A stretch of DNA of 63,555 nucleotides, the filler included, from Halorussus marinus (lineage in GTDB: Archaea > Halobacteriota > Halobacteria > Halobacteriales > Haladaptataceae), in assembly GCF_004765795.1 (NCBI RefSeq). It is 4 parts of 4 records of this genome, joined end to end, with 100 filler letters (N's around TTAATTAATTAA, not from the genome) between each part and the next. Parts side by side here need not be neighbours in the genome. Positions count along the whole stretch, not along the records: positions 20,907 to 39,333 come from NZ_SBIV01000018.1; positions 39,434 to 55,238 come from NZ_SBIV01000019.1; 2 more parts are not named here. One strand, given 5' to 3'. The notes beneath the pieces were generated by a model that saw only the letters and a list, made by a program, of their open reading frames with translations, was not told where the DNA came from and did no database searches. Made by a program: the position numbers and the translations under genes. Numbering within the stretch: the first letter of the stretch is position 1; each line of letters opens with the position of its first letter. Positions 31,927-41,670 of the stretch are shown in pieces.

Positions 31927-33885
31927 CTATATTTGTGTTATAGTGCTGTGCTCGATATTGATTACATCTGCATCCTCTGGAAGGAGTGCAACAATTAGGA
32001 ATCTGGAATAGTCTGCAAAGTATTCAATCAGTCTGGCAATACGATCGGAATCTATCGCTTCTAATGAGTCGAGTACCATTACAGGTACTGATTCGTACAA
32101 ATCGTGGACGAGATATCCCGCTAAAGCAAATACCAGCCCTAGGACCTCCCGCTCGCTCTCACTAAGGGTCTCGACGGTTCCTTCGTATGTCTGCCCGGAA
32201 TTGGATTCACGAACAACATGGAGCTCGAAATGATTTTCTGTAACTTTACGCCGCCCCTGTCGGGCTTCACGTTCTACCCTTTCAATCCAGATGCGGGCAA
32301 TGTTATTGTACTCAAGTATTCCAAGGACGTCTTCCATATGCGCGTTAAATTCCTCTACTGCAGTTTCCTCAATTCGATTAATACGGTTACGCAGTTCCTC
32401 AAGTTGGCTAGTAATCTGCTCTCGTTGTTCTTCATATTCATCCCGGTCTGCGATAAGCTCCTCAATATCTGCGATCTCGCGTTCAACAGACGCAAGTTCG
32501 TCTTCTTTCTGCTCAATTTCCAGCTCTACGGTTGTCACCTGTTTGTGTAAGTCGAGGATTTTGCTGTAGCTCGACGTCTGGGTCTGCTCAATAGTCTTGT
32601 CAAGTGCTTCGATTTCTTCCTTAATCTCTGTTTTACTCTCTTCGAAATCTTCGATCTCGCTTTGTTTTTGGTCAAGGTCATCCTCGATTTCAGAGAGACG
32701 CTTGTTTATAGCTTCTAGCTTGCGCTGAGAGCGCTCAAGTTCAGAAATTCGCTCTTTTTTCTCTTCGATATTTCCTTGCAATGATTTCCGGGCACTAAGC
32801 TTGTTCTGCCGAAATCCCTGTAGCCGTTCGAGAGTACTTTCAATATCATCGCGAGGTACCTGGGATCCACAGGTCCAACAAACGACTGACTCGTCATTCT
32901 CCAAGAGTTGATCGGTGAGTTCGCTATCTGTCTCTTCTTTATCGTCCTCCCGAAGAACCTCTGCGATTTGACTATCCGTCCCATCTAGCATGTCTTGATT
33001 AAATTGTATCACCTTCTGCAATTCACTCACCTGGTTATTTATCTGCCGTTTCTCTTCACGTAAACCATCGAGTTCGTTCCGGAGTGCAGCGATATCTCCG
33101 TCTGAATCGACAAGGAGATTATCCCGTGCTTCCATTTTTTCTTCCCGCTCGTTGCGAAGCGACTCGACGGTCTCCTCGGCCGTCTCAATCTGGAATCGGA
33201 TATTATCGAGCTGGGAACGGAGCTCTTTCAATTTCTCCATCTTCTCTTCGACCTCTGCTTTCTCTTCGCGCCCAGTCTTGAGATCCGTATCCGCATTTTG
33301 GATTTCCGCTTGTAAGTCTTCAAGCTGTTCAGTTTGCTCCTCAATCTCTGCCTCCAATCGATTCTTCCGTTGCTCAAGATTAACGAGTTTCCGTTCTCTC
33401 TCGTCGATGAACTCTAACTGCTCATCGATTTCCTGCTTATCATCCTGAAGCTGTTCGATTTTAGCATTGATCTCTTCAGTATCAATCGGTCGAATAATGA
33501 GGTCGCGAAGGTTCTCGCCCTGTGTAACCGCCCGCCGGGCTTCATTATCTTCGAGTAAGAAGGCAAAGAGATCTGCAATCTCAGGGTCATCGAGAAACCC
33601 TTCACCTGTAGATTCAATAACGCCGTTTCGACGGTTGAATTCTCGTTCTACAACAGTATCGCCTACTGTAAGCTGTACGCGGCCATGGTCAGCATCGCCT
33701 TTAAGGCTAAAGCGATCACTACCCATTGCAGTCATTACTGCTTGGAGGAACGAAGTGCGATTCGTAGCATTTTCGCCCTTTAGTACCGTGACTCCATCGG
33801 AGATTTTAACGCTCGTCTGATCGATTCCACCGATTTTCTCTGCTTCCAATCGGAATGATTCGGAAAGAGTCTTTGCGGAGTTCAT
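31927..33885 (-). CDS. Archaea-specific SMC-related protein (Sph-like)
   Basis: IGGID, GENATNRTSFLQA, long coiled coil with central CWTCGS, LSESERE, VLDSLEAID. Confidence 0.88.
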   Translation of the reverse strand: MNSAKTLSESFRLEAEKIGGIDQTSVKISDGVTVLKGENATNRTSFLQAVMTAMGSDRFSLKGDADHGRVQLTVGDTVVEREFNRRNGVIESTGEGFLDDPEIADLFAFLLEDNEARRAVTQGENLRDLIIRPIDTEEINAKIEQLQDDKQEIDEQLEFIDERERKLVNLEQRKNRLEAEIEEQTEQLEDLQAEIQNADTDLKTGREEKAEVEEKMEKLKELRSQLDNIRFQIETAEETVESLRNEREEKMEARDNLLVDSDGDIAALRNELDGLREEKRQINNQVSELQKVIQFNQDMLDGTDSQIAEVLREDDKEETDSELTDQLLENDESVVCWTCGSQVPRDDIESTLERLQGFRQNKLSARKSLQGNIEEKKERISELERSQRKLEAINKRLSEIEDDLDQKQSEIEDFEESKTEIKEEIEALDKTIEQTQTSSYSKILDLHKQVTTVELEIEQKEDELASVEREIADIEELIADRDEYEEQREQITSQLEELRNRINRIEETAVEEFNAHMEDVLGILEYNNIARIWIERVEREARQGRRKVTENHFELHVVRESNSGQTYEGTVETLSESEREVLGLVFALAGYLVHDLYESVPVMVLDSLEAIDSDRIARLIEYFADYSRFLIVALLPEDADVINIEHSTITQI

Positions 33886-33946
33886 GTCTCAACTATTCTA
33901 AGCGCTTGTAAATAGTACTTTTTGTTCTCGTTGCAGACCGTCCAGT

Positions 33947-34546
33947 TCAACTATCCCGGCATTCGCAGCCCTGATTAATCGCGGTTTCAAAGTCCATTGA
34001 ATGACCACACTCATTACAGAGCACTTGGATATCTACTAATACGTCTGCATCTGCTATCTCCATGATTCCTGCAGAAGTGAGTGTTTTTATTGTTGATTCA
34101 GTCACGATCTCCGTTCGTTGTTGTAGCGCGTACACGGTATCTCGTGCCTTCTCACGCCGCTTTTCTGGCGCGGGGTCATCGGTCTTGGATACGCTCAGAC
34201 AATTCTTTAGATGCCGGTAAACTGTCTGGTGGGAGACTAGATTCGACGATAATTCCTCCACATCGACCCCGCTATGCTCCAATTGGCGTCGAAACTCGAT
34301 TTCTTTGGCCTCTTCTAATTCATCTGTGTGAAGAGCTTTATAAACTGCCGATTGTTCTTGCCCAATTTGGCTGATATTAGTATTCTTTAACTCTGACTGG
34401 ATAATTGCCTTGTTCAGCTCTTCGGTAAGTACGCGAATGCTCGTTCCATCTTGCCACCTTTCAGCTAGTCCCGCATATTCGTCTAAAACACTATGCATCT
34501 CACTCACTTGTCCGACCTTGCATTTACAATCCGGTTGTTGGCTCAT
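33947..34546 (-). CDS. rdfA: Rod-determining factor RdfA family
   Basis: CKVGQV N-terminus, VSHQTVYRHLKNCL, C-terminal CxxC...GCEC; lies upstream of sph. Confidence 0.75.
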   Translation of the reverse strand: MSQQPDCKCKVGQVSEMHSVLDEYAGLAERWQDGTSIRVLTEELNKAIIQSELKNTNISQIGQEQSAVYKALHTDELEEAKEIEFRRQLEHSGVDVEELSSNLVSHQTVYRHLKNCLSVSKTDDPAPEKRREKARDTVYALQQRTEIVTESTIKTLTSAGIMEIADADVLVDIQVLCNECGHSMDFETAINQGCECRDS

Positions 34547-34871
34547 CGTCGCTTCTCACGTATTGTTACAACCATAGGCTTGTAACTCTTTGGCTTTCTG
34601 TTCCCGATATCCTTTGGAAGCCACGATCTTTCCTGTTTGTTTTTCGCAAATGGAGGCTTCCCAAGAAGTGTCTTTATCGCAAACGGAATTTCTTATAATT
34701 ATAAGATTATAATAAATAAACAAGGTAGGCGATCATGAAAAATACATTAATAGGCCATTTAAAGCCCGTCTTTGGGGTTCGGTCTTCCTCACATAATCTA
34801 TCGTGTAATAACCGTTGAAAGGTGGATAACTGTGTTTGTGTTTAGCAAACGCACTTCTGTCTAATTTGCTA

Positions 34872-36488
34872 GTACGTGTTTAGCCCCGTCTGATTTCGTC
34901 ACTGTCTCGTAGGTGGTGGCCTGTGACAGACACATGGTCTGTCAGCAGAGAGTCAGTCTACATCCTCAGGGATGGTCTCCGAGCAGCGGAGACCATCCCG
35001 TCGGCCCTGCTGTCGTCGTTTCGAGGTGGAATCGATGAGCTGGGACGATCTCTCCAAGGACGAACTCCTCTCGCGGTTTCTCCAGATGGAGGAGCGAATC
35101 GACGAGCTGGAAGGGAAGATCGCCCAGAAGGACGAGCGGATCGAGGAACAGAACGAACGGATCGAAGAGCAGCAAGAGCGGATCGAAGAACTCGAAACAC
35201 GTCTCCGGAAGTACGAGAATCCACACACTCCACCCAGTAAGCGACGGTCGGGAACCGGGTCCCCGACCTCGCAGGACGACGATGTCCGAACTGATGGTGG
35301 TACTCCCGGTCGAAAGGACGGTCACAACCCGGAGTGGCGCTCTCCGCTCGATCCTGCTGAAGAAATCGAGGTCACCTGTGACTGTTGTCCCGAGTGTGGC
35401 GACCACTTCGACGAGTCAGTGGGCGTCAACCCCCGACTCGTCGAGGAAGTCCCGGATCCACAGCCACCAGAAGTCACCCAGTACAACCGCCATTGCTACC
35501 AATGCGACTCCTGTGGAACAGAGACGGTTGCGACCCACCCCGAACTGCCCCTCATCGGGGCAGTCGGGGTGAACGTCATCGCGCAATCTGCCCTGTCACG
35601 GTACGATCACCGTCTTCCTTACCGGAAAATCGCGGACCGCTTCGAGCAACTGCACGGACTCGAACTCTCAGGTGCATCCGCGTGGCACGCGACCGAGCGC
35701 GCCGCGCGCGCCGGTCGCTGTGAGTACGAGCAGATCCGTCGAGAGATTCAGAAGGCTGAGATCGTCCACGTTGACGAAACCGGCATCAAGCGTGACGGTG
35801 ACCAAGCGTGGATCTGGACGTTTCGGACGGACGAGCATACGCTGTACGCGGTTAGAGAGAGTCGTGGGAGTGATATTCCCGCGGAAGTCCTCGGCGAGGA
35901 CTTCGCGGGAACGGTCATCTGTGATGGGTGGACGGCGTATCCAGCGTTCAGCAGTACGCTTCAGCGGTGTTGGGCACATCTTCTCCGGGAAGCTGAAGAC
36001 GTTGCTAGTGACCACGAGGAGGCAGAACGGGTGTACCAGTATCTCAAGCAGATATTCGTCGGTCTCCAGTCGTGGCTGGAGACCGACCCGAGTCCTCGTG
36101 AGCGAGCACAGATGCATCGAGCGTGTCAGGACAGCCTCAGATCGCTCGTTGAGCGGTCAGTGAGCGACGAACCAGTAGCAACAGTCCTCGGGAAGATCGA
36201 AGGTGGACTTGACCACTGGCTCACCTTCGTCGGTGAGCCAGCGGTCTCCCCGACGAACAACGCCGCAAAAAACGCACTTCGTGAACCTGTGGTTCTCCGG
36301 AAAATCATCGGGACACTCCGGAACGACCGTGGCATGTTCGTTCACGAGACGATCTTGTCCCTGCTGGCGACGTGGCGCCAGCAGGGACGCAACCCATACG
36401 AGGAACTCACGCGGGTTGTCCACGACAACGAAATGATCTCACGCGAGCAGACTGTGCCGGTTGTTGAGACCTCGGGGTAAACACGTAC
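34872..36488 (+). mobile_element. IS66-family element (transposase 35035-36480)
   Basis: IRs gtacgtgtttagcccc / ggggtaaacacgtac; 8-bp TSD atttgcta (34864-34871, 36489-36496); HVDETG, CDG..AY, QRCWAHLLR, PTNNAA. Confidence 0.92.
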
Positions 36489-36542
36489 ATTTGCTATAAT
36501 CGGTATTATCTACGGTAGGGGGTTACATCTCTGACCCCCAAA

Positions 36543-37634
36543 TCACGCCCAGTATGGTTCTTCAAAGAGTGTCAGCTCTTGTCCAGCCCCACTCTCAAGA
36601 GCACGCTCGTACACGGTAGCAGCCCATGCAACATCTTCGATGGGGAGACCATAAGCCAAGAGAAGTGACCGACCAGACGATGGGGACGTACTGTTTTCAG
36701 CAATGAGCGAGGACAATTCCGTGAAGTCCTCAAACGACCATCGACCCTCATTAATTGTTCTCTCAATATCTTCCGTTATTTGCCAATCGGTGTACTCCAC
36801 GAACTCCGCGATGTTGCTGCGATCGTCAACATACACACCATCGTCAGCTATAGCTGAGAGTGGCAAATCAATATTCCCAAGGGGAATTATAGTCGCCTCA
36901 GAGTCGAGCCATTCAGCCTCTAAGATTGGAGGACTAGACCCTGCTGCAGCAACGACAACGACATCTGCGTCGGAAACAGCAGCCTTGGCGGTTTCCGTAT
37001 TCTGCACCGTAACGTCTAATTCGTTCGTTAATTCCTCGGCAAACTGCGCGCTTTTCTCGAGGTCGAGATCGTATACCTCGATTGACTCAAGATTGTCGAG
37101 GGCCGCATCTAATGCCATTGTGGCCGTCCGTCCAATCACACCAGTACCAATAACGGCCGCCGTTTTGGCGTCATTACCTGCAATCTGGTGGGCTCCAACG
37201 CCGGCTACTGCCCCAGTTCGCATCGCACTTACTAGTGTCCCATCAAGAAGTGCGACTGGTTTTCCTGTGTCGGGGTCGTTCAGGGTGATTACGTGCATAG
37301 ACCGTGGAAGTCCATGTTCTTTCGGATTGTTTATGTTTGACCCGTACCATTTGATTCCGACTTTGTACACATCGCCGCCGACGTATGCAGGCATTGCTGC
37401 GAACCGCCGATCGGGTCCTGCAGATGGCATCTGGGGGTCCGAAGAGTTTTCGGGCCACCTCAAGATTTGACCGTGAGTCAGGCTGCCGTCACCGCCCATT
37501 AGTGTTCGGCCATGCGCGTGCAACTCGAACGTATCTGCAATTGTCTCAACACATGCGTTCATGTCGGTTACTCCACACTCGATCGCGGTCTCCTGGCTGA
37601 GGAAGCGAAGCGTTATACTCCTGCTATCCGGCAT
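36543..37634 (-). CDS. Ornithine cyclodeaminase/mu-crystallin family, TynB-like subgroup
   Basis: GPDRRFAAMPAYVGG, KWYGSN, GLPRS, LNDPDTG.P, SAMRTGAV, GLPIEDVAWA. Confidence 0.82.
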   Translation of the reverse strand: MPDSRSITLRFLSQETAIECGVTDMNACVETIADTFELHAHGRTLMGGDGSLTHGQILRWPENSSDPQMPSAGPDRRFAAMPAYVGGDVYKVGIKWYGSNINNPKEHGLPRSMHVITLNDPDTGKPVALLDGTLVSAMRTGAVAGVGAHQIAGNDAKTAAVIGTGVIGRTATMALDAALDNLESIEVYDLDLEKSAQFAEELTNELDVTVQNTETAKAAVSDADVVVVAAAGSSPPILEAEWLDSEATIIPLGNIDLPLSAIADDGVYVDDRSNIAEFVEYTDWQITEDIERTINEGRWSFEDFTELSSLIAENSTSPSSGRSLLLAYGLPIEDVAWAATVYERALESGAGQELTLFEEPYWA

Positions 37635-37756
37635 ACCATACTTCCTCGTTTGTAGCGACTTTAATCTTCCTTCCATTTTGCCGGCTAGGTACGGCCGAGT
37701 GCAGAGCTATTGACGTGATGATGGCACGTCCCGAATTCAGATCCAGAGGAGATGGC

Positions 37757-38920
37757 TCAGGATCGACTCCCGTCACTGTACCCTCCTGTGAACAGATTAT
37801 CTTCTTCAAATCGCTGCAGGTGATAGGCCGAAAGCTCGTTAGATGGTGTCTCTCCAAGGATGTCCTCAGCGATCGATTCGGCGAAACCTGGTGCCTCCTT
37901 GAATCCGTGGCCACTCCCGCCAGCCGCTACGTAGAAGTTTTTCATAGTCTTCGGAATGCCAATGATTTGATGCCAATCCGGTGGAGCAGTAATGAATTCG
38001 CTCCATGGTTCGACCACACCTGCGTCGGCAAACCTCGGCAATCGATGTTCAATCATCGCACCAAGCTGCTCAAAATCGGTATTTGTGACGCCTTCCAAAT
38101 CAGTTCGGTCAGCCAATGGCTCATGCCCCCCTTCCCGCTCCATTCCACCTGCGATGAAATCACCAGTTCCCTCGGGTTTGGCGTACAATCCCTGGCCGAT
38201 ATCGGACACGGTTGGATACTCGGGCGAATACGATTTGGACGCGGATAGAGCAGCAACCTTCGCCTCATACCGCTTCAATGGAAGGTCGATATCGACCATG
38301 TTCGCCACGTTGGCCGCCCATGGACCAGCAGCATTGACGACAAAGTCGACGGAGTGGGAATCCTCAGCGGTTTGTATCGTGGTTACTTCACCGTCCTCGA
38401 CTTCTAGGTCCACTACCGGTGTGTTGGTGTTGATTGTCGCCCCAAGTTCCTCTGCCTTGCGGGCAAATCCCGTTGCAACGAGATACGGATCAGCGAAGCC
38501 TGCATCGTGCTCAAGTGCTGCAACAGCAATATCGTCACCTCGTAATCCTGGGACGTATTCGTCGAGATCAGAGGGGGCAATTAGCTCTACATCTACGCCG
38601 ACCGTTTGTTGTAGCGAGATATTGTGACGGAACTGCGCTTCGTCTTCTTCACCTGCTATAATGAGGTATCCATTTTGGTGGAATCCGCCGTCCGTCCCGA
38701 GGCGGTCCGGCAATTCTGCTAGTATTTCGCTACCTCGCTTTGCGAACCGTATTTGAATCTCATGTGAGTAATGATGCCGGACGATTCCGGCTGATTTCCC
38801 AGTTGATGCACTTCCAATTGAGTCCTTCTCGAACAGAACTACCTCTGGGTCACCGATTTCTTTTAGGAAATACGCAATCGCTGTTCCGTAAACTCCGCCA
38901 CCGACTATGCCAATACGCAT
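37757..38920 (-). CDS. FAD-dependent oxidoreductase, sarcosine oxidase beta-like (paralogue of 18122-19276)
   Basis: GGGVYG, STGKSAGIVRHHY, GGSGHGFKEAPGFAESIA. Confidence 0.88.
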   Translation of the reverse strand: MRIGIVGGGVYGTAIAYFLKEIGDPEVVLFEKDSIGSASTGKSAGIVRHHYSHEIQIRFAKRGSEILAELPDRLGTDGGFHQNGYLIIAGEEDEAQFRHNISLQQTVGVDVELIAPSDLDEYVPGLRGDDIAVAALEHDAGFADPYLVATGFARKAEELGATINTNTPVVDLEVEDGEVTTIQTAEDSHSVDFVVNAAGPWAANVANMVDIDLPLKRYEAKVAALSASKSYSPEYPTVSDIGQGLYAKPEGTGDFIAGGMEREGGHEPLADRTDLEGVTNTDFEQLGAMIEHRLPRFADAGVVEPWSEFITAPPDWHQIIGIPKTMKNFYVAAGGSGHGFKEAPGFAESIAEDILGETPSNELSAYHLQRFEEDNLFTGGYSDGSRS

Positions 38921-39206
38921 GTATCATTTACCTTGGGCCTTATTAATAAGCATTGTGTCCCGGTAACATCTCTCGCTATCAAGTGGCTTGTCGGAGGCGG
39001 GAGTGCGAGCCACTACCAATGTACTGCTTCAAGGAGGTTTCTTCTGCGATTACACCCTCTTTAGCAATGTGCGGGTCAGCGAAATCGTAAGCCTTCTCGA
39101 ACTATGCTCCATACATGGCACTATCCTATCGCTGCTGCATTAATCTCTGAGGTTCACCCACCTGTTCGGTACTGAGTACAGAAGGCCAGAGAAATACCCT
39201 ATCGTT

Positions 39207-39333
39207 GAGGGTGTCATAGAACTCTTGTCACACCCTGATGATCGTACTTCCCGGATTGTCTCCACGTTCGTAGTTGGTGATAGCGACGACGAGGCGAAGG
39301 CACAGGGCAAGAAACACCTGCGCTCGTGCGTGG
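39207..39333 (-). mobile_element. Right end of ISH11-like IS (contig edge)
   Basis: gagggtgtcatagaactc IR followed by the reverse-strand transposase C-terminus (HARAQVFLALCLRLVVAITNYERGD). Confidence 0.85.
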
Positions 39334-39433
39334 NNNNNNNNNNNNNNNNNNNNNNNNNNNNNNNNNNNNNNNNNNNNTTAATTAATTAANNNNNNNNNNN
39401 NNNNNNNNNNNNNNNNNNNNNNNNNNNNNNNNN

Positions 39434-39583
39434 TTTGAGCAACCGGTACAACCTCCCCGATGAAGCGGGAGATTTGCGTCATGGTCAACGGAACTCTCCC
39501 GCTTCAACTCCTTTGATTTAGCGGCCTACCTCTCTGCCGTATGGCGATTCAACACAGCCCTAACAATCCTCTACCCATGAGCG
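39434..39583 (-). mobile_element. Left end of IS5 element inserted in the left IR of an IS1595 element
   Basis: Reverse strand reads MTQISRFIGEVVPVAQ; IR ...gcgattcaacacagcc ends at 39559; IS1595-type end catgagcg at 39576-39583. Confidence 0.8.
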
Positions 39584-39767
39584 TCCCACCTATAGTAGAG
39601 GTGGCATTGAGCAGTGTGCCTACTTGTTTCATAACTCACGCTCAACGGACGAACGCCGGATACGGAGGCTAACTCGATAGTGACAGAGCTGTATAAACAC
39701 CTGAACAACCCCCATTTGTTGCCTCACAACCATACATATAATATGGTCCGTTTAGATGATGGATATG

Positions 39768-40559
39768 ATGAAGGTTTTAGTGACTGTGAAGGAGGTCGCC
39801 GAAGTCGCCGACGACTTCGAGATAGAGGGGACCGAAGTAGACGAACGCTACCTCGAGTACGACCTGAACGAGTGGGACGACTACGCCGTGGAGGAAGCCG
39901 TCCAGTTGAAGGAGGACGGCCCGGCCGAGGAGGTCGTGACCGTCACCATCGGTCCCGAGCGCTCCGAGGAGACCATCCGGATGGCGCTCGCGAAGGGCGC
40001 GGACCGCGCCGTCCGAGTGTGGGACGACGCGCTCGAAGAACCCGACCTGCTCGACGTCGAGACGAAGGCGAACCTGCTCGCCGCCGTCGTCGAGGAGGAG
40101 GACCCCGACCTCGTGCTGACCGGCGTGCAGGCGGGCGACGACGCGTTCGGCGCGACCGGCGTCTCGCTGGCCGACCACCTCGGCTTCCAGTGGGGCGCGG
40201 TCGTCAACGCCCTCGACTACGACCACGAGGCGGGCGTCGCGCACGTCCACCGCGAACTCGAAGGCGGCGTCGAGGAATTGACCGATATCGAACTCCCCGC
40301 GGTGCTCACCATCCAGACCGGGATCAACGAGCCCCGGTACGCCAGCCTCCGGGGCATCCGGCAGGCCCAGAGCAAGGAAATCGCGCCCAAGAGCCTCGAC
40401 GACATCGGCCTCGACGCCGACGCCGTCGAGAGCGACCTGACACTGACCTCGATGTACGAACCCGAGAGCGAGAGCGACGCCGAGATATTCGAGGGTGACG
40501 CGAGCGAGACGGCCGGGCAACTCGCCACCGTCCTCCGTGAGAAGGGGGTGGCAGAATGA
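39768..40559 (+). CDS. etfB: Electron transfer flavoprotein beta subunit
   Basis: MKVLVTVKEV, NEWDDYAVEEA, ALAKGADRA, INEPRYASL. Confidence 0.95.
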   Translation: MKVLVTVKEVAEVADDFEIEGTEVDERYLEYDLNEWDDYAVEEAVQLKEDGPAEEVVTVTIGPERSEETIRMALAKGADRAVRVWDDALEEPDLLDVETKANLLAAVVEEEDPDLVLTGVQAGDDAFGATGVSLADHLGFQWGAVVNALDYDHEAGVAHVHRELEGGVEELTDIELPAVLTIQTGINEPRYASLRGIRQAQSKEIAPKSLDDIGLDADAVESDLTLTSMYEPESESDAEIFEGDASETAGQLATVLREKGVAE

Positions 40560-41506
40560 GCGACGTGCTGGCCGTCACCGAGCACCGCCGGGGCGAACTC
40601 CGCGACGTGAGCTACGAAGTCATCTCCGCCGGGCGGGAACTCGCGGACGCGACCGGCGGCGACCTCCACCTCGCGGTCATCAGCGGCGACGTGGAGGCGT
40701 TCGCCGACGACCTCGACCGCGAGGGCGTCGATTACATCCACACGGTGGACGAGGGCGAGGAGTTCAACCACGATATCTGCGTGCAGGCCATCGAGGCGCT
40801 CCACGCTGAACTCGACCCGCAGGTCCTGCTGATGCCCAACAGCGTCAACGGACTCGACTACGCGCCCGCGGTGGCGAACCGGCTCGACCTCCCGTTGGTG
40901 ACCGACGCCGTAGACTTCAACTATGATGGTGGTCTCACCGTCACCCGCGAGATGTACGGCTCGAAGGTCGAGACGACCGTCGAGGTCGGCGGCGACCGGC
41001 AGGCCGTCACCGTCCGCGACGCCGAGTGGCCGCAGGCCGAGGGCGTCGGCGACGCCGAGATCTCGGCGTTCGACGCCGACATCGACACCGACACCGGGTC
41101 GACCGTCACCGGCTTCGAGGAGGTCGGGAGCGGCGACGTGGACATCAGCGAGGCCGACTTCATCATCTCCATCGGCCGCGGCATCGAGGAGGAGGAGAAC
41201 CTCGACCTCATCCGCGACCTCGTCGAAGCGACTGATGCCACCCTCGCGTCGTCGCGACCCATCGTGGACAATGGCTGGCTCCCGAAGAACCGGCAGGTCG
41301 GCCAGTCCGGCAAGGTCGTCACGCCCGACGTCTACCTCGCGATCGGCATCTCCGGCGCGGTCCAGCATGTCGCCGGGATGAAGGGGAGCGACACCATCAT
41401 CGCCGTCAACACCGACCCGAACGCACCCATCTTTGACATCGCGGACTACGGCATCGTGGGCGACCTGTTCGAGGTCGTGCCCGAACTCATCGAGGAGTTC
41501 GAGTAA
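40556..41506 (+). CDS. etfA: Electron transfer flavoprotein alpha subunit
   Basis: SIGRG, ASSRPIVD, QVGQSGK, GISGAVQHVAGM, NTDPNAPIF. Confidence 0.95.
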   Translation: MSDVLAVTEHRRGELRDVSYEVISAGRELADATGGDLHLAVISGDVEAFADDLDREGVDYIHTVDEGEEFNHDICVQAIEALHAELDPQVLLMPNSVNGLDYAPAVANRLDLPLVTDAVDFNYDGGLTVTREMYGSKVETTVEVGGDRQAVTVRDAEWPQAEGVGDAEISAFDADIDTDTGSTVTGFEEVGSGDVDISEADFIISIGRGIEEEENLDLIRDLVEATDATLASSRPIVDNGWLPKNRQVGQSGKVVTPDVYLAIGISGAVQHVAGMKGSDTIIAVNTDPNAPIFDIADYGIVGDLFEVVPELIEEFE

Positions 41507-41670
41507 CTTCCCACCTTTTTAGTCTTACTTTTGCGTGATTGTCTAGAGTAGTCGATTAACATACTATATTATCTGTAAATTTAGGAAGAATAGTGGGGTG
41601 ATATGTGCGGCCTTCCATACGTCCGCACGCCTGCTGAGGCCGATTGCTGTCTGGGGGGTTTAACAAGCCC

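Noticed and set aside
31927..33885. SMC-like gene as a Wadjet/Lamassu defence system
   Set aside because: It has the Sph-type degenerate Walker A and an RdfA-like partner; no nuclease, kleisin or effector genes are adjacent.
35540..35570. Odd HPELPLIGAVG segment in the IS66 transposase
   Set aside because: Looks like compensating +1/-1 indels in the usual HPDCP..GQFG motif; an error or neutral decay.
39680..41381. Long alternative-frame and antisense ORFs over etfBA (likewise over repH, the surface protein and mcm)
   Set aside because: Shadow ORFs expected from high GC3; no motifs.
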